A stretch of DNA of 64,000 nt from Octopus vulgaris (taxonomy: Eukaryota). The notes under the pieces were generated by a model. That model was given only the letters and a program-made list of their open reading frames with translations, did no database searches and was not told where the DNA came from. Position numbers and translations under genes: made by a program. Within the stretch, counting starts at the first letter, position 1; each line of letters begins with the position of its first letter. The stretch spans positions 22,444,001-22,508,000 of the forward strand of contig OX597839.1 of assembly GCA_951406725.2 (NCBI GenBank). The letters run 5' to 3'. Of the stretch, positions 52,731 to 64,000 are shown piece after piece.

Positions 52731-52732
<2 letters not shown>
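52346..52732 (+). mobile_element. Family A SINE, full length
   Basis: Consensus head to tail; a diverged copy precedes it at 52070-52310. Confidence 0.92.
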
Positions 52733-52768
<36 letters not shown>

Positions 52769-53084
52769 TCACACACACACATACATGCAAGTGTGTGTGT
52801 GTGTGTGTGTGTGTGAAACACGAGTTGTCATCTCTCAATGGACTTGGTTCTCATTGCTAATTTGTGCAAATAACGATTGTGATTCTGTAAACACTAATAA
52901 ACTGATAAATTTGGACTAAATTTATTTGAAGACATTATCGGCATCAAGAAGCAATAATTAAAAGCCTCTGTGGGGAAAACTTCATCAGAACATTGCAATA
53001 ATTGGATTAGATTAAAATAGCGAAAAGCCTCAAATATTATAATTTTACAGTAAATAAATATTTATGTGTAAAAATTTTAAATAT

Positions 53085-53584
53085 TTAACCCTTTCGTTAC
53101 TGTATTTATTTTCTCTGTGTTTCTTTCAATTATTTTAAACATAACAAAGAATTTAGTAAAATAACTTAGTTATCATTAAACTAGAGTTAGGAATCTCTCC
53201 GGCAGGGGATGGTGGTGATCCCTGCTGTATTCTTTCACCACAACTTTCTCTCACTGTTACTTCCTGTTTCTGTTGTACCTGTATTTCAAAGGGCCGGCCT
53301 TGTCACTCTCTGTGTCACGCTGAATATCCCTGAGAACTACGTTAAGGGTACACGTGTCTGTGGAGTGCTCAGCCACTTACATGTTAATTTCACGAGCAGG
53401 CTGTTCCGTTGATCGGATCAACCGGAACCCTCATCGTCGTAACCGACGGAGTGCTTCCAGAGTTAGGAATGTAAATTGTGACAAAGGTGTGGTGGAATAT
53501 TTTAATTCTAAACTTATGAAAACAAGACATTTTTACCACAGAGCTAGAGCCGGTTTTTGGCCGGGTTAGTAACAAAAGGGTTAA
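53085..53584 (+). mobile_element. piggyBac-like MITE family 2 with nested 5'-truncated family B SINE (53195-53458)
   Basis: TTAA-CCC...GGG-TTAA ends; SINE flanked by 12-bp TSD agagttaggaat (53183-53194, 53459-53470). Confidence 0.88.
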
Positions 53585-54554
53585 GAAGAAAGCGCAAACA
53601 ATTGTAATTTATGAAAAACACTTTTTGCTCCAGCATGGCCGCAGTCAAATGACTGAAATAAGTAAAAGAGTAAAGAGTAATAAACATAATTCATTCTGTA
53701 TCTTAATTAGCTGATGTAAGGATTGGGAAGGGGAACAGTTAGATGGGGCTGTTGGGATTAGCATAATTAGCTAATTGCTGGCAACTGCAATCATTGCAGT
53801 AGGTGGCTAAAACACAGTCCGACTGCCTTCACGGTTATCTGGAATTGTTATTGATACCTTAAATGGTGAGGGACATGGATGGAGAGTGAGTAAACTAGAA
53901 GGAAACCCGGCTAAATCTCTAAAAAACACACAAGTTAGCAACATTAATTGAAAGTTGTGCAAACAAGATGTAACGAAGGTGATCTAATGAGTGCAATTAA
54001 GAAAATACAAGCAATTATACATGCGGAGTAGATTAACGAAACACTTCCAACATCACTCAAAAATAAATGAAACTTCCCTCGTTAAGGGGAAACATTATTA
54101 TTGTTTACATGTCCAATTTTTGATGCTTGTACGAGTTAATATTAATTCCCTTGGGGCAGATTTTCCATGACTGGATGCCCTTCCTGTCACCAAACCCCAT
54201 CTGTTTTCCAAGCAAGGTAATTATACTTCCCTCAGTCCTTTGAACATGAACAACACAATGACCAGACATGTTTTCATGGAAGATTGCAAATCAACAACAC
54301 TGCTTGTTTGACGGTGATTCTTGATTACAATCAGTGTGTTATCCTGAGACAAGAGAATACGAACATATACACACACACACATATAAGCAATGGGCATTTT
54401 TCAGTTTCCGTCTACTGAAACCACATACATCTACTTCAGCCAATTCCATCTGACCCATGCAAACAAGGAAAAGTGGACACTAAACCAATGATGACCTTCA
54501 ATAGACTTCCAAAGTAGTTCAAGGTGCAATCCTCCTTTCCTTCTCATACTTGTG

Positions 54555-54972
54555 GACAATGCCACTACGGCCTGACTGGCACCTGTGTCAGTGGCACATA
54601 AAAAGCACCATTCGAGCATGGTCAATGCCAGTGCCGCCTGTCTGGCTCCTGTACCAGTGGCACATAAAAAGCACCATTTGAGCATGGTCAATGCCAGTGC
54701 TGCCTGTCTGGCACCTGTGTCAGTGGCATGTAAAAAGCACCATTTGAGTGTGGTCAATGCCAGTGACCCCTGACTGGCTCCTGTGCTGGTGGCACATAAA
54801 AAGCACCCACTATACTCTCAGAGTGGTTGGCGTTAGGAAGGGCATCCAGCTGTAGAAACGTTGCCAGATCAGATTGGAGCCTGGTGCAGCCTCCCATCTT
54901 GCCAGTCCTAAGTCAAACCATCCAACCCATACCAGCATGGAAAGCAGACGTTAAACAATGATGATGATGATT
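54555..54972 (+). mobile_element. Family D SINE with internal ~66-bp tandem repeats
   Basis: Repeated cctgtctggcacctgtgtcagtggcacataaaaagcaccatt..agcatggtcaatgccagtg units, then the Meta-like domain and (GAT)n tail. Confidence 0.85.
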
Positions 54973-56209
54973 ATTTCTACTGCTACAACACATTTAACAA
55001 CATACATACATATGTACACACACACACACACACACATATACTAATGTACTTGTATTCTTAATACATAATATATTCCTCCCCACCACCCATACCACCATCA
55101 GTATCTATAATATTTTGGTTTCCTTTTTTTTCTTTTTTTTTTTTCTCCTGTTTGTTTGTATTTCTGACCTTTTCCCATGGCCTGATAAGAAAGCAAATGA
55201 AAGCAGAGAATTTAGCAACCTGTAAGGTTCAATGTAAAGCTTTCTAACAATTTCTTTGGTGATTTGATACCGAAATATCTGCCGTAAACAGACACAGCTG
55301 GATTCTATAAAGTTGGATACTAAACGAGTCTGAAGAAACTTCCTCAGAACCTCATCCCCAGACCCCTGGCCCCATTAACGCTAGTTCTGGTTAGTTATGC
55401 ATGATATGTGCAGACAATTTATTAGGGTGTTCTTAACATGTTTCTCCCCTGTAAACGGAAATCTAATAAGAAATTAAGGTTTTAGTTTTCGTGATCCCTT
55501 GTTTGGTTCCTTCTTTCGTCTTTGATCATTGCCCCATGAAGTTTAATTATGCAAACAATTAATTACGTATTTTACTATAAATCATGTTGTAATGTGCTTT
55601 TTTTTTTTTTTTTTACATGCAGCAGGATTCTGGGAAACGAAAACCTGAAGTTGTGTTTTGCGCCACAAAGACATGCCAGGATATTCTAACCTCAACCCTT
55701 GAGAAGTTAAACCAGTCATACCCAGGCCCCAAAATATTCTGTTTTGTGTTAGGAATTAACTGACTTTTTTGAGATTTATGCTAGCCATGTGGTTAATCCA
55801 AATCCATTTAACCCTTTTGGCATTCAGATAAATTTGTCAGATAAAATGCTTTTCTATTCATTGCTTTGAATTAATCATGCATTATCTCAAAGCTTTGATA
55901 TTTCAATGATGTGGTTGTTTATTTTTAGAATGACATTGTAGAGTAGGTGTGAGCAGTAGGATCTGGCCAGTTTGAACATAAAACAGGAAGAAGAATATTT
56001 GGGGCCGGATATAGTCGATTCAAGCCTTTAGCATTCACATTACTCTCATTGTTTTTGATTAATCATGGATTATTTCATAACTTTGAGATTTCAATGGTGG
56101 GGTTGTTTATATTAAAGATGACATTGTAGGGTAGGTGTGAGAAGCTGGATCTGACCAGTTTGAACATAGAACAGGTAGAACGTTTAAGCCGGATATGGCT
56201 GGTTTAAAT

Positions 56210-56744
56210 CAGGCCTGGACAGCTCAAATTACATTATGGGCCACAGAGGATTTTTTGAGGGCCGCCTGTATACTGACAGAATTGAAAGCATTTTGCTTTC
56301 TCATGCTATTATTACGATAATGAATGAATGATCGTTGATTCAACATGAAATATTATCTTTGCAAAAAACAGAATCTTTCTTTTTTTACTTTTCTTTAATT
56401 TTCGATAAAATTTTTTAAATGTTTGTTTAACCCTTTAGTATTTAAACCGGCCATATCCGACCTAAATATTCTATATGTTTTATATTCAAACTGGCGATAT
56501 CTAGCCTCTCACACCTAACCTACATTGACATTCTAAAAATAAACAATCACATCATTGAAACCTCAAAGCTATAAGATAATGCATGATTAATTCAAAACAA
56601 TTTGAGAGAAAAAGTATTACATTTAACAGAGTAATCTGAACACTAAAGGGTTAAATAAACCCATTTCAAGAAAGTATCAAGTGGGCCACAAGATAAAAAT
56701 CTGCAGGCCGCATGTGATCCCAGGCTTCAGGTTAGCCAGCCCTG
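56210..56744. mobile_element. hAT-like MITE inserted in a piggyBac-like MITE and containing another (56427-56654)
   Basis: caggcctggac ... gccagccctg ends with TSD gtttaaat / gttgaaat; internal TTAA-CCC..GGG-TTAA element. Confidence 0.7.
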
Positions 56745-56939
56745 GTTGAAATGCTAAAGAGAGTTTGTTTCACAGAGCAAGAGGTAGTCCTAGGCAGGTT
56801 GGTAATCGAAAGGGTTAATACAGAGAAGATTCAAAGCTTACATGGAAAGTTAAGTGTAATTTTAAAGGAAAAGAGATACACGTGTACACAGAAAACCTGG
56901 ACAATAGGAATCAAAGAGGGATCTGACTTTGAATAACCT

Positions 56940-57166
56940 TTAACCCCTTAGTGTTCAGATTATTCTATCAAACATAATGCTTGTTGATTCCCATTGATTT
57001 GAATTAATCATGCATTATCTCATATCTTCAAGATCTTGATGGTGCAATTACTTAATGTAGAATAACATTGTAGGGTAGGTGTGAGAACCTGGATCTGGTC
57101 AGTTTGAACATAAAACAGATTAACTATTTTGGCCAGATGTGGCCGGTTTAAATACTAAAGGGTTAA
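56940..57166 (-). mobile_element. piggyBac-like MITE family 1
   Basis: ttaacccc ... ctaaagggttaa; reverse complement of 32702-32930. Confidence 0.8.
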
Positions 57167-57199
57167 GTGTTCAGATGACATGTGTTGCATGTTTTAGAA

Positions 57200-57406
57200 C
57201 AGGGGTGGGCAAACTACGGCCTGCCATAGGTTTTCATGCGGCCTGTCGAGAGGAATATTTCACAAAATTTCCTTTCAATCAATTGTGTGTTTATAGGTCT
57301 ATAACCGCCTTTAAAAATATTTTCACTTGATTTTTATAAATGAGGCCCGCCAAGGTTCCAAAGACGCACTGTGCGGCCCGCGATCAAAAAAGTTCGCCCA
57401 CCCCTG
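57200..57406. mobile_element. hAT/Charlie-like MITE
   Basis: TIR caggggtgggcaaact / agttcgcccacccctg; perfect 8-bp TSD ttttagaa. Confidence 0.9.
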
Positions 57407-59849
57407 TTTTAGAATAACATTGACTGCAACACTGCAGTAGATGCAGGAGGATATAATCTATTGTGTTGGTACGTGAGAACGATTGAGAGGGCGAGATTGT
57501 CTTTATTGATATAAGGAAGTTTATGAGGTTTGGACAAGTTTTCTACAGCATGGGAAGAGCGGAGGGCAGAGGTTTTGTCACAGAGAGAGAGAGAGGAAAC
57601 GTATTGTTTTATAAACTGGTCTATTGATGTATTTTCTTTGACAAAGGAAAGTGTGAGTGACAAGTGAGTTTTAAATAAATGCTATTTGTTATTCTGAATC
57701 CGTGTCAATTGCTTTACTTTTTGTATTAAGAAGAAAGGTGAATCTAAGTAATTAAATATATGCACAAACAGAGAGTATTTTCTAAAAATAATACTTTGAA
57801 TTAAGTGCGGACACATATTATAATGAAGATGAAAGCGTAATGGAAACGAGAGAAGGACAAAAAGAAACGAAGACAATGAATTCAATAAAAACACAATCAA
57901 CAAACAAAATAAAAGGAAAATCAAAGAAATGTTTTATTAGATTTATTGTTAGCTTCTAACGATGATCATTCAGCTATTATTGTATTTGCTGGAATATAAG
58001 AAACCCTCCTGCATGAAATGTACCCCCGACCCCCATACTATTTTATAACTGAATTTTGTTGTCATCCATTCATCATTGCAAATAGCAGATGGATGATGGT
58101 TTATTAATACTGTTTCCTCGCTTTTGGATGATTTTCATTGAGATAATTAGAAAGAATATGGCATGGCTGTGTGGAAGGAAGTTTGATTCCGACCACACGG
58201 TCTTCTTTCGTGGCACCTTAGGCAAGTGTCTTCTACGATAGCCTCACATTGACCAAAACCTTGTGAGTGGATTTAGTAGACAGAAACTGAACGAAGCCTG
58301 TTATATATATACACACATATATAAATATTAAAAATGGAGAAGGCTGGTTCATGGGACTACCTTAGGTTTCCTGTCCATATCAGGTGTGGGCCAGGTACAA
58401 CAGGAAAGATGGTGAAGTGAGACGACATAACATCCCCATGTAAACTAGCAGTGTACCCTTAAACACTTTCCTCTAAGTTTGTGCAAACAGGCTGAGATAT
58501 TTTGGCTGGTTTCCAATATTTTATTATTAGCAACAATCCTTGTGTCTAGCAGACTTATGCTCATCCAGTTCCATAGTCTGTGACATTCATTCTCCCACAG
58601 TGAACGAAGGGCAATTTTTTTTTTGATATGGAAAGCATGTTTTATATACACTGGCGAATACAGGAGTTGCTTAACCAACCAAATTCCTTTATATGCAACT
58701 AGTGTCTGATTATTTGACAGGTATGTGTCCTTTTAATTAGTGGTTCTGCTGCTAACAAATACTGGGGACTCTTCCTCGCCTCTTTATTAATGGGAAAACA
58801 AAATGAAGTTTGTTGCCTCCAATTCTTCTTGCTTTGTGGGACAAGTTTATAAAGTTTAAAATTATCTGTATTTTATTAAAACATGGTGAGTTGTATGCCT
58901 TTTTTTCAATCATCACAGCACCCTTACTCAACACACACACCTGCAACAGGTGACTACTTCAATGCAATCCAACCACAAGCTGAATGTGCATGGCGCAAGG
59001 TTTCAAGGTTGGATCTTGGGTGGGGAGAGAGAGTGAGAGAGTAAGAGAGGGAGGGAGAAAGAGAGAATGATCAACCTCAGTTCTAGGGTAGGTATCAACC
59101 CCAAAAAGGATGTAAGGCAAAGTTGACTTCGATGGGATTTGAACTCACAATGTCGAGATGTGGACAAAGTATCAGTGAACCTTGAATCTGACCCCTAACG
59201 ATTCTACCAATTCACATTGAACCAACAAATAAATCTTCTTTGATTAAAAAACAAGAATAAATATATAAAAGTAAAGAACTGCTAAGTGTAAAGTTGAAGA
59301 AATATGGAGAGATCTTGGAACATCTTGTTATATTTTGGAAAAACAAGGAATGGAACAAAGATTACAAGATAATAGCAGCAACAGGTGGGGGGAGGAGGAG
59401 GAGGTCTTTTATAGAAATACTGAAAGAACATAGATGTGGGAAGGAGGTGGAGTAACCTGAAGAGAGAACAGCAAGTGGAATGGTAAAATGGGAAAGAGAA
59501 ATGTAATTAGGTTGTAATCTTGTTAAAATACTTTTAATTTACAAGAGGAAAGAGAGAGAGAAAGAGGATTAATGTTGATTCCATTGAGCTGAGAAGTCAG
59601 AGATCAATAGTCCACGAAGAAAGACATCTCTCGTGGTAATTGTATTAATCGACAAGTTTATTAAATTATTTTAATTACACACTGCAATTAACGAAGAAGA
59701 GCACTGTTGTTTACTGGTTTCCAGCAGGCCAATTACAGGTTGGTTACTTTTCCAAAAGCAATAGTTAGAAAGGGAGTTTTCTCAAACTCAGTGCAAGGGA
59801 CTTTAAAGAACACAGGAATTTTAGTTTTAATTGATGTTTATCATCATGT

Positions 59850-60545
59850 GTATGTGCGTGTGTGTGTATATGCATATGTGTCTGTGTGTGTGTATGTGCA
59901 TATGTGTCCGTGTGTGTGTATGTGCATATGTGTCCGTGTGTGTGTATGTGCATATGTGTCCGTGTGTGTGTATGTGCATATGTGTCCGTGTGTGTGTATG
60001 TGCATATGTGTCCGTGTGTGTGTATGTGCATATGTGTCCGTGTGTGTGTATGTGCATATGTGTCCGTGTGCGTGTGTATGTGCATATGTGTACGTGTGTG
60101 TGTATGTGCATATGTGTCCGTGTGTGTGTATGTGCATATGTGTCCGTGTGTGTGTATGTGCATATGTGTACGTGTGTGTGTATGTGCATATGTGTCCGTG
60201 TGTGTGTATGTGCATATGTGTCCGTGTGTGTATGTGCATATGTGTCCGTGTGTGTGTATGTGCATATGTGTCCGTGTGTGTGTGTATGTGCATATGTGTC
60301 TGTGTGTGTATGTGCATATGTGTCCGTGTGTGTGTATGTGCATATGTGTACGTGTGTGTGTATGTGCATATGTGTCCGTGTGTGTGTATGTGCATATGTG
60401 TCCGTGTGTGTATGTGCATATGTATCCGTGTGTGTGTATGTGCATATGTGTCCGTGTGTGTATGTGCATATGTGTCCGTGTGTGTGTATGTGCATATGTG
60501 TCCGTGTGTGTATGTGCATATGTGTCCGTGTGTGTGTATGTGCTT
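59850..60545 (+). repeat. ~26-bp microsatellite-derived minisatellite (gtgtgtgtgtatgtgcatatgtgtcc)
   Basis: Roughly 26 tandem copies; source of the Cys/His-rich pseudo-ORFs. Confidence 0.95.
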
Positions 60546-61672
60546 CTCCAGAAACCACAGAACTACAAGCAACAATATTGTTGTTTCCCTTTCAACAAGC
60601 TATCCACTGGATTTGTACCTTTGAAGACATGTGGAATGAGATATTCCTTATTTGAAAAGATAGTGAAAGGGTTAGCAAAAGGAAGGACAACAGGGGGTAA
60701 AAGAATGCCTCAATGAAAATATATTCACTTAACTCATGGTAGCTTTGAAAAACAGATACAAAATTTACCAAAAACATACAGAAGTATTCTCTTTTGCAAT
60801 CCAATGTCTTAAGTATCTATCATGGAAGGATTCTGCCCCCACCCCAAGAAACTAAAGGTGGACTGACTCGTAATAAAACAAAGAACTGAGAGTGATTGTG
60901 GAGATGTACTTGCATAGCAAGTGACTTGACCTAGGACCATGTGCTGACACAAAAACTGCAGCATGGAAGATGTTTGTAAGCCATTCAAGAACACAGAAAA
61001 AACTTAGTTTCACTTCAACATTTACATTTAATTTGTGTCAAAATATTTTTGTGCCTTGGAAATCATGACCTGTTCACTGACAAAACTTTACTTCACTGTG
61101 AGCATTGAGAGAGCATTGAGGCTCATGTAGTGCATCGTGTAAATACTTTCTTTCACACTTGCTTTGTTGCATTATATATCCAATTCAAGGATATAAAAGT
61201 ATCTTAATATTTGATAAAACCAAAACCTATTTCCTGTCACCTGTCTAAAATCCAGATCCTAGCTGAAGTTCAAGCAGCGGGGGAGTGACCTCCTTTGTTA
61301 CAATAGGAGATGACCATTCTGCCTTACACAAGCCTCAGAATCGTTTCGATCCAGCAGACAGTACCAGGAATGGGTCCCAATTTAGGGTTATTGATTTTCC
61401 CCAAAATATCAAAATTCCAAGTTGATATCTGGCCCAACCAGTCCCAGGCCTGCACTGAGGCAAGAAGGGGGATGGAGCCTAAAATAACCCAGCTTTCTCT
61501 ACTCAAACTGCCACAGAAATGAGTCCCTTGATGTTCCCTGGGAATGAACTAAACCAGTTCCAACAAATTGACAGATATTATAAAGGTTAATCTAAATAAG
61601 AAATGAATGACTAAAGACCTCTTAAGACAGATTTATGAAGTATTCGAACTGAAAATTACACCAAATTTGCAA

Positions 61673-62088
61673 GGCGCAGGAGTGGCTGAGTGGTAAGTAG
61701 CTTGTCTACCAACCGCATGGTTCCGGGTTCAGTCCCACTGCGTGGCACCTTGGGCAAATGTCTTCTACTATAGCCTCGGGCCAACCAAAGCCTTGTGAGT
61801 GGATTTGGTAGACGGAAACTGAAAGAAGCCCGTCGTATATATGTATATATATATATATAAATGCGTGTGCGTGTTTGTGTGTCTGTGTTTGTCCCCCTAG
61901 CATTGCTTGACAACCGATGCTGGTGTGTTTACGTCCCCGTTACTTAACGGTTCGGCAAAAGAGACCGATAGGATAAGTACTGGGCTTACAAAAGAATAAG
62001 TCCCGGGGTCGAGTTGTTCGATTAAAGGCGGTGCTCCAGCATGGCCGCAGTCAAATGACTGAAACAAGTAAAAGAGTAAAGAGTAAGA
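61673..62088 (+). mobile_element. Family A SINE, full length
   Basis: Consensus head to tail. Confidence 0.92.
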
Positions 62089-62472
62089 GTATACAATTTA
62101 TTATCAACAAGGCTTATGATTTATGCCTTTTTGTTTTTTATGGTGGCATTTTACCAAAAATTTACAAAACTAACCGAAAAATTTCATGCTTAGATTTGTC
62201 ATTAATTTATGCTCCTTCTTTAGAAATTCTTGTCATTTTTATAATGATGACCTTGTGAGATACTTTTCAAACAGCTCGTTAGAAGAACAATCTTTTAAGT
62301 ACATTTGTAATCAGGTCTACTTTTAAGAATTGTTCCACTGTCTTCTTCAATTGATGCTTGTGATGATGACGACACTCAACAGAATTCTAAGACTACTTTG
62401 AAACGACACCAAATTCCTGGCGCCCACCAAGTTACCGTTTCCTCAAGTCATCACTTTAAACAATCAACGATG

Positions 62473-63222
62473 ACACAACACATTGTCCTTTGACAATCTC
62501 ATCCCCTCAAAAAAACCCCGAAACACTTCAATATGTCTCCCTTCCTTTGACAATCTCATCTCCTCAAAAAAACCTCGAAACACTTCAATATGTCTCTCTT
62601 CCTTTGACAATCTCATCCCCTCAAAAAACCCCCGAAACACTTCAATATGTCTCCCTTCCTTTGACAATCTCATCCCCTAAAAAAAACCCCGAAACACTTC
62701 AACATGTCTCCCTTCCTTTGATAATCTCATCCCCTCAAAAAAAACCTCGAAACACTTCAATATGTCTCCCTTCCTTTGACAATCTCATCCCCTCAAAAAA
62801 AAAAACCCGAAACACAACACATTGTCCTTTGACAATCTCATCCCCTCAAAAAAACCCCGAAACACTTCAATATGTCTCCCTTCCTTTGACAATCTCATCC
62901 CCTCAAAAAAACCTCGAAACACTTCAATATGTCTCTCTTCCTTTGACAATCTCATCCCCTCAAAAAACCCCCGAAACACTTCAATATGTCTCCCTTCCTT
63001 TGACAATCTCATCCCCTCAAAAAAACCCCGAAACACTTCAATATGTCTCCCTTCCTTTGATAATCTCATCCCCTCAAAAAACCCCCGAAACACTTCAATA
63101 TGTCTCCCTTCCTTTGACAATCTCATCCCCTCAAAAAAACCCTGAAATACTTCAATATGTCTCCCTTCCTTTGACAATCTCATCCCCTCAAAAAAACCCC
63201 GAAACACTTCAATATGTCTCCC
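62473..63222 (+). repeat. 57-bp minisatellite, ~13 copies, with 339-bp higher-order duplication
   Basis: Unit ctttgacaatctcatcccctcaaaaaaaccccgaaacacttcaatatgtctcccttc; the variant acacaacacattgtcc occurs at 62473 and 62812. Confidence 0.95.
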
Positions 63223-63524
63223 TCTAAAATAGAAAAAGATGATTTCCAAGAGAGAAGCTTGAAGAATGAAAAGATGCAAGATTACAAACGGGAAGGTAAG
63301 TCACCATTTGTGTAGCTTCTGTCTTTTACTACCTTTAGCCATTCTGACTGCGGCCATGCTGGGGCACTGAGCTAACTGGTCCTGGTGCTTATTTTATTTA
63401 ATTCTTTTAAAGCCTATTGCTTATTTTATCAGTCTCTTTTGCTGAACTATTAAGTGTCTTTTATGTGAACAGACACCCTCACCAGTTGTCAAGCAGTGGT
63501 GGAGGACAGACACAAACACACAAC

Positions 63525-63992
63525 ACGGCAAACTGGCAGAATCGTTAGCACGCCGGGCAAAATGCTTAGCGGTATCTCATCTGCTGTTATGTGCTGAGTT
63601 CAAATTCCGCTGAGGTCGACTTCACCTTTCATCCTTTTGGGGTCGATAGATTAAGTACCTATTTCTTTATTACCCACAAGGGGCTAAACACAGAGGGGAC
63701 AAACAAGGACAGACATAGGTATTAAGTCGATTATATTGACCCCAGTGCGTAATTGGTACTTAATTTATCGACCCCGAAAGGATGAAAGGCAAAGTCGACC
63801 TCGGCGGAATTTGAACACACAACGTAACACAGACGAAATACCGCTAAGCATTTCGCCCGACATGCTAACGTTTCTGCCAGCTCGCCGATAGATTAAGTAC
63901 CAGTTACACACTGGGGTCGATGTAATTGACTTAATCCCTTTGTCTGTCCTTGTTTGTACCTCCTATGTTTAGCCCCTTGTGGGAAATAAAAA
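63525..63992. mobile_element. Family C SINE (+) interrupted by an antisense family C SINE (63660-63886)
   Basis: TSD gatagattaagtacc at 63645-63659 and 63887-63901; the host sequence resumes afterwards. Confidence 0.9.
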
Positions 63993-64000
63993 CATAACAA

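Noticed and set aside
62473-63222. CRISPR-like regular array
   Set aside because: Head-to-tail repeats without unique spacers, no cas genes, eukaryotic context.

Overview
AT-rich, microsatellite- and SINE-saturated animal genomic DNA, most likely an octopus (inferred from the SINE families and repeat landscape). Almost all ORFs in the track are microsatellite or SINE artefacts. The one real gene is an intron-rich Rap1GAP-family gene on the minus strand. Seven phase-compatible GT-AG exons (48512-48419, 33370-33296, 28872-28678, 10553-10500, 6180-6028, 4928-4825, 3887-3812) encode a LIM-like tail (DGQLYCEPHF), a GoLoco motif, a Ser/Asn-rich linker and the start of the RapGAP dimerisation region. 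No catalytic-domain exons were found, so they probably lie beyond the left edge. Two candidate alternative first exons were found. The introns hold at least four SINE families, piggyBac-, hAT- and Merlin-like MITEs, mariner and LINE relics, minisatellites, long inverted repeats, and several minimal hammerhead-ribozyme-like motifs of the Penelope type, including a family with G at core position 3. Top leads: a GoLoco N-Q-R triad that one A-to-I edit would restore to D-Q-R, a possible LIM-GoLoco-RapGAP architecture, and the hammerhead/inverted-repeat system. Reference protein motifs are recalled from memory, not searched.
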